Origin: a virus | Lineage: Duplodnaviria > Caudoviricetes | Length of the DNA: 59,412 nt | Direction: 5' to 3' (one strand) | Virus record (IMG/VR): IMGVR_UViG_3300024520_000077 | Location: 1-59,412 of that record | Shown: in pieces, positions 35,193 to 43,905 of the stretch | Numbering within the stretch: position 1 is the first letter of the stretch | How the letters are laid out: each line of letters begins with the position of its first letter | Translations under genes and position numbers: made by a program | Notes under the pieces: generated by a model | Seen by the model: only the letters and a program-made list of their open reading frames with translations | What the model was told of the DNA's origin: nothing | The model's database searches: none

Positions 35193-35677
35193 CGGCTCAA
35201 CCGGAGGGCGTCGATCTTCATGGCCGCAAGATTCTCTGGCCCCGGGTCGCGGTCGAGGAACTCATCCGCCTCCGCAGCGCTCCAGCCGGCTCCGCGGACA
35301 GCGATACCGAACAGCTCCCGCGGGCTTGTCTCCGAGAAGGACAAGGCCGCGATGATGAGCCTCCCGAGAGCGTCCGTGTGGCGCTCTACGTTGCGCAGCT
35401 GGCCACTCTCGGCCAGTCCCGGCGCTACACAGCCCTCCCAGGCATCAGGCAGGACGGAGACACCGTAGACGTTCTCGGCGATCTGAGCCCCCTCGCTGGC
35501 AGACAATTCTCGGACTTGCTCCGAGTCGATCCTGACCGCCAGCGGCTCGGCGTGGAGCAGCTCGTTGATGTCCGGCTCGGTGGCCCCTGGCGGGTAGAAG
35601 CCCGGCGCCCGGGGTGGCCTCTCGATCTTGAGCGTGGTTGCGTCCTCAGCGGCTTTGTGCGATTCTTTTGTGACCAT
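35189..35677 (-). CDS. Acidic hypothetical protein, cassette paralogue 2 (MVTKESHKAAEDAT)
   Basis: 35644-35683 matches 35045-35084 at 36/40 nt. Confidence 0.65.
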   Translation of the reverse strand: MVTKESHKAAEDATTLKIERPPRAPGFYPPGATEPDINELLHAEPLAVRIDSEQVRELSASEGAQIAENVYGVSVLPDAWEGCVAPGLAESGQLRNVERHTDALGRLIIAALSFSETSPRELFGIAVRGAGWSAAEADEFLDRDPGPENLAAMKIDALRLSR

Positions 35678-36071
35678 GACTTCCTGATAGCGTTCCTCCG
35701 ACAGCCTCATGACAGCCTCCGTGCCATCGCTTCGGCGCGTGCTCTTCGCGCCCATGCGGACAGCCTTACTGCCTCGCTCGGATCGCCAGAAGCCACGGAC
35801 GCGCATTTCTCCGGAATGTCACGCAACACGCTCTTCGCGGATTGATGGGTGTGCGGCCTCCAGGTCTTCGCTGTACATGATCATGACGCCTCCCCGGGAA
35901 ACGACGTGACGCGTTCGTACTCCTCTTCGGCGCGCGTCTTCAGCTTCGTGTCGTAGATCTTCTGAGATCGGTCGCCGGGAGCCGCGAAGCTCTTTCGAGC
36001 GTGCCTGACTCTGTCTCGCCTTCGGAGTTCAGCCTTCGTCAGGCCGTCGATGAGTTCGTCGCGCGGACTGA

Positions 36072-36353
36072 TCACCACTGCACCGCCTTCCCGAGCTCCG
36101 AGACGCCGAAGGTGACCTCGCGGCCGTCCTTCTCCGGCGCCCTGTTGAGCACACCATGGCGGTCGGTGAGAGCCGCAAGGCGGTTGCTCGCTGCCGTAGG
36201 GGCAATGCCCTGCGCGAAGGCCAGGACGGACGCTCGGTCGCACCCGTTTTTGACGTCCTTCAGGGTGGCTCGGAGGATTCCTGAGACCGGTACCAGGGTG
36301 TACCCCTGGAGAAGTGCTTCTCGCCGAATGCGGCGGACGTTGGTTTCCATCAT
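36072..36353 (-). CDS. Winged-helix DNA-binding protein
   Basis: GIAPTAASNRLAALTD.HGVLNR....DGREV.F.VSELG; leaderless after TTGACT-16-TATGAT. Confidence 0.65.
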   Translation of the reverse strand: MMETNVRRIRREALLQGYTLVPVSGILRATLKDVKNGCDRASVLAFAQGIAPTAASNRLAALTDRHGVLNRAPEKDGREVTFGVSELGKAVQW

Positions 36354-36393
36354 GGCGTTATCATACCATGTGGTGAACGGGAGTCAAGGAATG

Positions 36394-36816
36394 TCAAGCG
36401 GGCTTCGTCTCGGTGATCTCGTCGGAGCTCGTCGCCTGGGCCTTCGGCGACAACAACTCCCGCAGGTGAGCCCGAAGGTTGTCGATCTCGTGCTGAGGTA
36501 CCGGCTCGGGCCCCAGGAGCGCCGCCAGGCCACGGTCGACGTGGGCGAAGGCCGTCGCGGCGCCCTCGTCGGCAGCAGCTGCCTGGAGGGCCTCGAGGTA
36601 GAAAACCGTCGCCTTGAGGGCGATTTCACTCGTAGACCGGTCTGCGAGCGACTTCTGGCGGGCGACCTCGACCTTGAACTCCATCAGCTTCGCCCACCGC
36701 GTCTCCTCGGGCTCGTCAGTGACGTCGTCAAGGCCCTTCAGCGTACCGGCGAGAGTGTCCCTGACGGCGCGGCGGTGCGTCTCTTGAAGATCTTTCCTGA
36801 GATTGACGTGGCGCAT
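36394..36816 (-). CDS. Hypothetical protein
   Basis: Plausible helical ORF in the operon direction. Confidence 0.55.
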   Translation of the reverse strand: MRHVNLRKDLQETHRRAVRDTLAGTLKGLDDVTDEPEETRWAKLMEFKVEVARQKSLADRSTSEIALKATVFYLEALQAAAADEGAATAFAHVDRGLAALLGPEPVPQHEIDNLRAHLRELLSPKAQATSSDEITETKPA

Positions 36817-36867
36817 CTCTGGTATAGACCCCCCCCGGAGGGTTTCGGGTTATATCCCTGCGCGGCC

Positions 36868-37527
36868 TCAGTTCACCGACACCTCGGCCCGGACGGCGCA
36901 TGACCTGCCGCCGATGCCAACGCCCGACGCCCTCGCCCACTCGGTGATCGTCACGCCGTCGAGAGTCCAGGTGAAGGTGGCCGTGCTGCCGCTCGCCGTG
37001 GCTCCGGAGCTCGCGAGCCAGGACCACGACTCGATGAGCTTCTCCCCGTCGGTAGCGACGAAGAGGTAGGTCCCTCCTGTCCTGTCCGAGATATCCACGA
37101 CGCAGGCCGGCTCGGGCAAATCGGCGACGGTGAAGGTGAGCGGCACCGTTCGGGGGGCGGCGCAGGACGTCCGTTCCTGGTCTGAGCAGACGATCACCGT
37201 CCCCAGGACGTCCATCGGGAGGTTCTCATGGAGGGGCCAGCCCACCAGGACCGACCTCTCAGTCGACTCCGACGGCGTCGCCGAGCCCGAGAACGTCCAG
37301 GCGTAGGAGGCGCCCTCGAGGCCGTCTACCGACCAGGTCGCCGAGCAGGTCGAGCGGTTGCACGATGCCCCGGCGACGGTGGCGTTGACGGTTGCCGGCG
37401 GAACCGGGTCAGGCGTAGGCTCTTCAACGGGCGGCGGTGCGGGCACCTGCACCTCGGTAATGGTCTCCTTCTCGCATCCGGCGAGAAGGATGGCGGCGAC
37501 AGCAATGGCCAAGATGCTCTTTTCCAT
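36868..37527 (-). CDS. Lipoprotein with PKD/Ig-like repeats
   Basis: LLAGC lipobox; Pro-rich linker; SYAWTF and IESWSW strands. Confidence 0.75.
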   Translation of the reverse strand: MEKSILAIAVAAILLAGCEKETITEVQVPAPPPVEEPTPDPVPPATVNATVAGASCNRSTCSATWSVDGLEGASYAWTFSGSATPSESTERSVLVGWPLHENLPMDVLGTVIVCSDQERTSCAAPRTVPLTFTVADLPEPACVVDISDRTGGTYLFVATDGEKLIESWSWLASSGATASGSTATFTWTLDGVTITEWARASGVGIGGRSCAVRAEVSVN

Positions 37528-37530
37528 GGC

Positions 37531-37995
37531 TCAGTCCTTGTATTTGGCCCGCAGGATGCGGCAGTAGAAATTGAAGACCTGGCCAGCGACGAACACCTGC
37601 TCGACGACGATCTCGGCCTTGACGATTTTGACGGTTGAGAATTCAGCGAAGGGACACAGAGGCTCGATCCGAGGATCGCACAGGTAGAGCCCAATCCCGC
37701 GGCCCGGGACATTCATGATGAAGAGCTGCTGTTCTCCCGATAGCGCGATCGTGCCGCGGGTCGAGGCCACGGCCTGAGGCGCCGTCATGCTCGCGCCCAT
37801 CTGCTGCGCCAAGCCGGCGGCGGCGTCCTCGGTGACGTCCTCGACGAGGACGCCGACGATGTCCTTCAGGATCTCGCCGATGAGGGGGTGGTTACGGGCC
37901 ACGTAGCGCTGCGCGATGGCTCCCATGGTCTGGCAACCGCTGAGCGCCAGGGCCGATGCCAGCAGTAGGACGGGTAAGGCCTTCTTCATCATCAT
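37531..37995 (-). CDS. Lipoprotein
   Basis: MKKALPVLLLASALALSGC lipobox. Confidence 0.75.
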   Translation of the reverse strand: MMMKKALPVLLLASALALSGCQTMGAIAQRYVARNHPLIGEILKDIVGVLVEDVTEDAAAGLAQQMGASMTAPQAVASTRGTIALSGEQQLFIMNVPGRGIGLYLCDPRIEPLCPFAEFSTVKIVKAEIVVEQVFVAGQVFNFYCRILRAKYKD

Positions 37996-38217
37996 GATAC
38001 TCCTCCAGGGTTAGCTGGCCGCCCGACGACGCCCCCGTGGAGGAGCTGCTAGAGCCTTGGCGACGCCGAGCGACCGAGAAGAGCGTACCACAGTCGCGAA
38101 CGAGTCGGGCCAAACGCGCGTCCCTCGCCGCTTCGGCCCTTGCCGCTTCGACGTTCTTCGCCTCGATCTCGGCCAGGTACTCGGCCCGACGCTCGCGGTA
38201 GAGCTTTCCAGGCGGGT

Positions 38218-40611
38218 TCACGAGAAGAGACTCATCTGTGGATCTGGCGGCTTCGCGGAGTCCGGGGCGGTACCCCAGCCGCGGAGCATGTCGAGCGCCG
38301 GCCCTGGCCCCATCTCCGCGATCCGCCGGCGCCACCACGCCACCCGCGCCAGGGCGAGCTCACACATTTGTTCACTGCTTTCGATCGCTACGATTCGGCG
38401 CCACCCCGCCATCATGGCGGCGATGATCTCCGAGCCCGACCCGGCGAAGGGGATCAGGATCACCGGCTCGACGCCGTCGACCGTGGGCTGTAGGAGGAGC
38501 TTCGCCAGGTGGCTTCCGCCGTCGATGGCCTTGACGGCAAGTCCAGGATTGCCCCGGCAGCGTCCGGACTCGCGGGCCGCGTCGAGGAAGGCGGTAGCGT
38601 CTTCGTGGTCGACGTCGATCTCGCCTTCGCCGGGCCGTTTGTAGTGGTAATTACCCGGGCGGCCCAAATTGGCGAGCAAAGTTCCCCTAAGTGCTGGCTT
38701 GGCGCGTGGCTTCCGGTACCCCTCCGCCATCATCTCCCGATACCTCTCCGAGCCCATCGCCCGTGCCACGTCGTCGGCCCCACGCTGCTCGAAGGCGTCC
38801 TCGTCGACGAGGAGCCACCCGTCGTCGTGGTCGGCGTCGCGGATCCATAGGAGGTGCTCGGCGCCAGTGTGGCGCTCTGCGGCGGAGGCGCGGCCCTGGT
38901 AGTACACGCGGGCAGTACTTGGCCTCGCGTCCGTCTCGCCGAAGCGGTGGGCGGAGTGCGACGGCATGTTACCGTAGACCGGCGACGAAGACGCGTTGAT
39001 TGGCACGCGCTCACGCTTTCCGCCAGCGCTGTGTACGCCCTTCGCCCGGCCCTGCTCGTCGATCGCCGCCACAGGGCACCCATCCGCGCACCAGCCGGCC
39101 CCGCAGGTCGTCAAATGCTCGAAGATGACGGTGGACGGGTATCGGCCGAGGCTGTCTTTCGATGCATCCCGGGGCTTATGGCCCACTTTCGGGAGGTATG
39201 AAACGCTACTCCCCACTCGCTCTCTACCTCGACAATTCCGCTCATGGTCCGGCCCGCTCGGAATCCGCCCGCCGCCGACGTTGTACCCGCCCGTACCCCA
39301 CCGCTCAGCCACCTCCGCCCCGGTGCCGTCGAGGGGCTTGCGGGCGGCGAGGATGATCTCCTTGGAGTCCTTCAGCGCCGTGGCGTGGTCGTCGAAGAGG
39401 GCGGCGAGGGGCGAGGCCGGGGCGGTGATCGGCGACGGCTCATGAGCTAGCCCTCGAGCGTGATCGTAGTGCATGGAGCGCGACAACTGCGGCCGGGTCG
39501 CCGCCGCTTTGGTCACCTCCCGCTCGAGCCCCGCCGCCTTGTCGATCGCCTTCCCCGTGTTGGCCCCGAGCGCCATCGCGCCCCCGTGGATCCGCACGAT
39601 CGAGGGGAGCATGCGGAAGCCCGCCAGCTCTTGCGAGATCGCCGCCCAGTGGGACGCGCGGCCCTGGTAGGACAGGTGGATCGCCCCGGGGCGGAGGACG
39701 CGGAGGATCTCGCGATTGAGTCGAGGAGAGGGAACTAAGTTGTCCCACGGACGATTAAGCATACCACCCTGTGCTATACTGGGACGAAACAACCCGGAGG
39801 CTTTCCCGTGGCACAAAAGATCGAACGAACATGTCCCGTCTGCTCGACGACCTACCTTGCGGACCCCGGCCGGCTCAAGTGGGGCCGAGAGACCACCTGC
39901 TCGCGGGCCTGCTCCTACCGCTTTCGCGGCGATCAAAAGAGGAGCGCCGTCAGTCTTGAATGCTCCCTTTGCGGGAAGGAGTTCAAGCGCTGGCCGTCCC
40001 ACGCTGCGCGCGCAGAGTACGGCTGGCACTTTTGCTCCCGCGCCTGCAAAACCGCCGGCTGGCGGCTCGGCATGTTCACTATGGTCCGGCATGTGAAGTT
40101 CAACAAGCTGACACGAGAAGGGCGCACCTCGCTGCGCCGCGTGGGTGCGGAGGTCTACGCGTCTGGAAGCCTCGGTTTCCCGGAGGATGAACTGGCAACC
40201 GTTGAGCTTCTCCAGCGTGCCAGGGTGCCATTCATCCATCAACACATCTTCGAGGCGGGCGAGGACGTTTTCGTCGTCGACTTCTACTTCGCCGACCGGA
40301 ATCTCGTCATGGAAATCGACGGCTCCGGCCATCGACGAGACCCCGGGCAGCGTGCAAAGGATGCGAAGCGGGACAAGATCCTCGCGGATGCCGGGATCGA
40401 GGTCGTCCGAATCACCAACGAAGGGCCAGCGGATGAGGTCGCGAAGCGAGTCCTCGCCCATCTCATAGGTCCATAGGTCGATGAGCGCTTTCGGGTCTCG
40501 AAGGTCCGACAAAGCGTACGGCGGATCGCTCAGCCCCCCGTGGAACGTGTGCTCGTCGAATTCGTCCAGGGCGTCGGGCAGGGTGCCGCAGATGATGCGG
40601 ACGTCGATCAC
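38218..40611 (-). CDS. Beta-class adenine DNA methyltransferase (DPPY) with a roughly 235-codon in-frame insertion
   Basis: GTGA-coupled start VIDVRIICG; SDPPY; after insert WD.LVP...ILRVLRPG, EIILAARKPL.GT...WGTGG.N, GRYP, IPFAGSGS. Confidence 0.88.
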   Translation of the reverse strand: MIDVRIICGTLPDALDEFDEHTFHGGLSDPPYALSDLRDPKALIDLWTYEMGEDSLRDLIRWPFVGDSDDLDPGIREDLVPLRILCTLPGVSSMAGAVDFHDEIPVGEVEVDDENVLARLEDVLMDEWHPGTLEKLNGCQFILRETEASRRVDLRTHAAQRGAPFSCQLVELHMPDHSEHAEPPAGGFAGAGAKVPAVLCARSVGRPALELLPAKGAFKTDGAPLLIAAKAVGAGPRAGGLSAPLEPAGVRKVGRRADGTCSFDLLCHGKASGLFRPSIAQGGMLNRPWDNLVPSPRLNREILRVLRPGAIHLSYQGRASHWAAISQELAGFRMLPSIVRIHGGAMALGANTGKAIDKAAGLEREVTKAAATRPQLSRSMHYDHARGLAHEPSPITAPASPLAALFDDHATALKDSKEIILAARKPLDGTGAEVAERWGTGGYNVGGGRIPSGPDHERNCRGRERVGSSVSYLPKVGHKPRDASKDSLGRYPSTVIFEHLTTCGAGWCADGCPVAAIDEQGRAKGVHSAGGKRERVPINASSSPVYGNMPSHSAHRFGETDARPSTARVYYQGRASAAERHTGAEHLLWIRDADHDDGWLLVDEDAFEQRGADDVARAMGSERYREMMAEGYRKPRAKPALRGTLLANLGRPGNYHYKRPGEGEIDVDHEDATAFLDAARESGRCRGNPGLAVKAIDGGSHLAKLLLQPTVDGVEPVILIPFAGSGSEIIAAMMAGWRRIVAIESSEQMCELALARVAWWRRRIAEMGPGPALDMLRGWGTAPDSAKPPDPQMSLFS
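39772..39800 (+). promoter_or_regulatory. Extended -10 promoter and RBS for the nested endonuclease
   Basis: TGCTATACT at 39772-39780; GGAGG at 39796-39800; GTG at 39808. Confidence 0.7.
39808..40476 (+). CDS. Zn-finger plus DUF559/Vsr-like (EDxHD-type) endonuclease, antisense inside the MTase gene
   Basis: Two CxxC...CSRAC units; FVVDFY...LVMEIDGSGH...DAKRD.IL..AGIEVVRI. Confidence 0.9.
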   Translation: MAQKIERTCPVCSTTYLADPGRLKWGRETTCSRACSYRFRGDQKRSAVSLECSLCGKEFKRWPSHAARAEYGWHFCSRACKTAGWRLGMFTMVRHVKFNKLTREGRTSLRRVGAEVYASGSLGFPEDELATVELLQRARVPFIHQHIFEAGEDVFVVDFYFADRNLVMEIDGSGHRRDPGQRAKDAKRDKILADAGIEVVRITNEGPADEVAKRVLAHLIGP

Positions 40612-41149
40612 TTGCGCCGCTCTTCGGCCTGCCGGCGCTCTTCGCCGGTCTCCGGGAAGTCCAGGGTCCCGAAAATGGTCTCGCCTTGCCCGTACATCTT
40701 GACCAGCCACCGCGTCAGGTCGTGCGCCGACGTCCTAGAGCCGGAGTAGCGCTCCATGGCGGCCTCGAGGTCGGCAGTGGGTATCGTGACTCGCTTCGTG
40801 TCGGTGCGGTTCACGACGAAGCCTCGTTTTCGTCTTTGGCCGCTCGCTTCTCGTCCGCGCCGGCCTGGGCGATCTTGACCCTTGACGCTGCCGAGAACGC
40901 CGCCATGAGGACCCGATCCGCTTCGCATATGATCCCTTTCCAGCACGACTGACCCATGGCGTCGACGTCGAGATACTCAAGATCAAGGCTCGCGCTCGCG
41001 AGCCCATCCTTGATTGGCTTGAAGTTCCAGGCCACGATCCTGTACCTCGGCGCTTCGTGGCCTGCGTGGCCCTCCCAGAGACTTACAGGCCCCGAAGGCA
41101 TGTCGCTCTCCGCGGTGTAATAGGTGAATCCATCAAGCGTCATCTCCAA
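40608..41149 (-). other. Two coupled hypothetical ORFs (40811-41149, 40608-40814) leading the MTase operon
   Basis: AAAGGAG RBS; GTGA overlaps. Confidence 0.55.
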
Positions 41150-41184
41150 CTCCTTTCGCCGTCCGAGAGTGGAGCGGCGGATCC

Positions 41185-41214
41185 ATCCTATCGCGCCACG
41201 GACGCGGCTGTCAA
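41185..41214 (-). promoter_or_regulatory. Sigma70-type promoter
   Basis: TTGACA-18-TAGGAT. Confidence 0.7.
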
Positions 41215-41368
41215 GGCTTTCTGGTTTCCGCGCGCCATGCTGGGATTTACGACAAGGCAGAGAGTTACCCCGCCCGCCGTCCCGAGGGTAGCACGGGCGT
41301 CAAGCGCGGCCCTGCTCACTTACTGCGCACCCTCGTGCAAGCGTCGGAGCGTAGCGACGTGAGCGCAG

Positions 41369-41914
41369 CTACCGCCCGAGCTTGTCGAAGATCGGGCCGA
41401 GTACCCCCGCGGCCTTGTCGGACAGTAGGCCGTCTCCCTTCACCTTGATCTCCGCTGGCCTGTTCCAGCCCTGGAGCTTGGCGAGCTGCGCCTCGACCAC
41501 CGCCCGGGCTTCGAGTTTCAGCTTCACTTTCTCGATCAGGGTCCCGTCCTCGGTGTGGCGCTGCTCGAAAGTGACCTCGGAAACGAGCCGCTTCACCTCC
41601 CGCGGGAGCGCCCTCCAGGCCTCCGGGCTCATCTCGAGGCCGTCCGGGAACAGGTCGGCCAGGTTGCCAGTGGCGTACCCCGTCAGGCGATCGACGGATT
41701 CCTGGCGCTGCGTCTCCGTATCGTCGCGGATCTCGGCCTTCCGGTAGGCGATGGCCTCCCGTCGCTTGTGCGCCAGCTGCCCCGGCGCGAAAGGCGACTT
41801 CCCGGTGTAGCCGGCCTTTCTGTAGGCGTCGGTCTGACTCATTCCGCCGACGTGGTAGTCGATGAAGAGCTGCGCCCGGGGAGGGGCTTTATCGTACTGT
41901 GCCTTTCCGTCCAT
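41369..41914 (-). CDS. terS: Terminase small subunit
   Basis: FIDY....SQTDAYRKAGY HTH; LTGYATGNLADLF...LP..VKRLVSEV...VKLKL...LAKLQG. Confidence 0.85.
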   Translation of the reverse strand: MDGKAQYDKAPPRAQLFIDYHVGGMSQTDAYRKAGYTGKSPFAPGQLAHKRREAIAYRKAEIRDDTETQRQESVDRLTGYATGNLADLFPDGLEMSPEAWRALPREVKRLVSEVTFEQRHTEDGTLIEKVKLKLEARAVVEAQLAKLQGWNRPAEIKVKGDGLLSDKAAGVLGPIFDKLGR

Positions 41915-41928
41915 GTCATTACCTTCTT

Positions 41929-42850
41929 TTATGGCCTTGGCCTGGTCTCCATTGTCTTCGCCTCGTTCACCGCCTTCTCGGAACGGTCCCATTCCCGGCG
42001 AAACGCCTCGGCCTCGGCGCGGAGCTCGGTGACAAAGGCGGCGAATTCTTCCTCGTCGAGGGGTTGCTGGACTTCATTCACCATCTTCTCGATCGTGTCC
42101 GCGGCCCGGTCGAGTAGTTCGTGGGTCTTCATGCCTGGCCCATCGCTTCGGCATAGAGGTGCCGCTGCTTTTCCATCCTGGCTTGCTCTTTCATCGCCGC
42201 CGCCGAGATCCGCTCGCCCTTCTCGTAGCTGGCCACTCCGTACCAGGCCGCGGCGATTTCTTCGACGTCGGTTGCGGTCCACTCGGCGCCGCACGCCGAG
42301 CACATCATCTCGTCGGCCGCCCCAGAGAATCCGTGGCCGGTCATGCTTTTGGGCGTCCCGGTGCTGACATCGCAATCTGGACAAGTCGCGCCGACGTGCT
42401 GCGGTTCCTTGGCTGCCGCGATCTTTTCGAGCACTGTCATGGCGCTCATCCCGACACCCCCTCGGCGATCATCTCCTCGCGGGCGAACGCCGTCGCCAAG
42501 ATCCCGTTGACTGTCGCGAGCGTCGTCCCTTTGATCGCCTCGGCCGTCCTGGCACACTCGGCGAGCGCGTCGGCGATGGCGTCGGCCAGATCGTCCCACC
42601 AGGTCGGTCCGTCGTCGTCAGGATGACTGGAGCCGATCGCGTTGGCGTGTGCGGCGACCTTGTCGAGGATCTTGTCGGCCCGTCTGGCCTCGTGTGGCGT
42701 TAAGTGCTCGAACACCCTTCGGAGCTGGACAAACCCGATGAACCTCCCGGTCTTGCGGTCGCCTATCCGATTCCCTTGATTGATCAGGTCGTCGATCCCC
42801 CGGCCGAAGCGTCTCGCAAGGGACCGGTCGAGTTGTTTTTCTGTTCTCAT
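41929..42850 (-). other. Three coupled hypothetical ORFs (42446-42850; 42129-42449 with two CxxC; 41929-42132)
   Basis: ATGA overlaps; RBS. Confidence 0.55.
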
Positions 42851-42865
42851 GTTTTTCCTCCTCCT

Positions 42866-43051
42866 CTATACATGGGCGTCGCGGTGCGACTTGTAGGCGT
42901 GAAGGTTGGCCAGGGGGAAGTAAAGCTCTCCCTCTTCCTCCCTGTGAACAATCGAACCTCGACGAGTGCACATCTTCTTGAGCCTCTCGGCACTCAAGTT
43001 CAGATATTGCGCCGCTTCGGTTAGGGTTAGATCGATACCGTGCTCAATCAT
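42866..43051 (-). CDS. Excisionase-like HTH DNA-binding protein
   Basis: LTLTEAAQYLNLS..RL. Confidence 0.7.
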   Translation of the reverse strand: MIEHGIDLTLTEAAQYLNLSAERLKKMCTRRGSIVHREEEGELYFPLANLHAYKSHRDAHV

Positions 43052-43461
43052 CGTTCCTCTCCTTTCGCGTCGTCGAAGATCTCGATCACGACGCGCTGGT
43101 TCCGTTTGTCGATTCGCTGCACAGGGTCCGCGTTTCGGATCCCGGAATCGTTCATGATCAGAAAGGCGTCGGCGAATCCGTCGCGGTACGCCTTGAGCCA
43201 CTTCGTCAAGTTGTCGTCGTCGCGGGCTCGAATCACCTTGAAGTAAAAGATCGGCCGCCACCTCACCGCTTCCCGGGTGGCAATCTTTCCCGCGCGCCGG
43301 CGAGCATTGAAGATGATGCTCGCGTCGCCCCTCGCTTTTTTCGTCGCCGCGGACTTGGCGAACTTCCCGCCCCGGCTCGCTGGCGTGTAGCCCTTGTCGT
43401 TGGGGTGAAGGATCTCCGGCGGTAGAGGAAGCTCGACGACGAGGTAGGGGAGCGTGTTCAC
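43048..43461 (-). CDS. rusA: RusA-like Holliday junction resolvase
   Basis: LPLPP...PN; RDDDNL....KAYRDG..DA..IMND; RVVIEI. Confidence 0.8.
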   Translation of the reverse strand: MNTLPYLVVELPLPPEILHPNDKGYTPASRGGKFAKSAATKKARGDASIIFNARRRAGKIATREAVRWRPIFYFKVIRARDDDNLTKWLKAYRDGFADAFLIMNDSGIRNADPVQRIDKRNQRVVIEIFDDAKGEER

Positions 43462-43905
43462 TTCTCCGTCCTCAGCTCTTCGAGCTTCGCCGCCACGTAC
43501 CCGCGGACGTAGTCGCCGCAGTAGGAATAGTGGTCTTCCCACTTCGTTGTGCCGGCCACGATGCGAGCTTCCCAGTCGTTGGCATTGTCGCCCGAGCACT
43601 CGCAGCCGCCTTCGTCGAATCCGTCGGCGATCCATTCCAGAGCGCCTATCGCCTTGTCGAGTTTCTCCTGAGTTGTCATGCGCACCTCGCGTGAATCGCC
43701 GGGCCGTGCTGGCCTCGGCATTTGTAGAATGGATCGTCGTAGCCGATCGGGTGGCCGCAGTTCACGGCCGCCATCTTGCGCGCCTCGTCGCATCGCTCGC
43801 GGCGGGAGCACCGGCAGGGAAGCGGCGAGCACGGGCCGAAGTCGGACCGCGGGGGCCAGACTTTCCACGGCTGCTTTCTCGCGGCTTGGCGGCGCTCTGA
43901 CAGCG

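Noticed and set aside
35706-35884. Possible TGA read-through or stop-codon reassignment
   Set aside because: TGA is used as a normal coupled stop throughout the genome and core genes are uninterrupted
39770-40480. Intein or group I intron in the DPPY MTase
   Set aside because: No C/S...HN-C/S/T intein termini in the MTase frame, and the insert is filled by the antisense ORF, leaving no room for a ribozyme core
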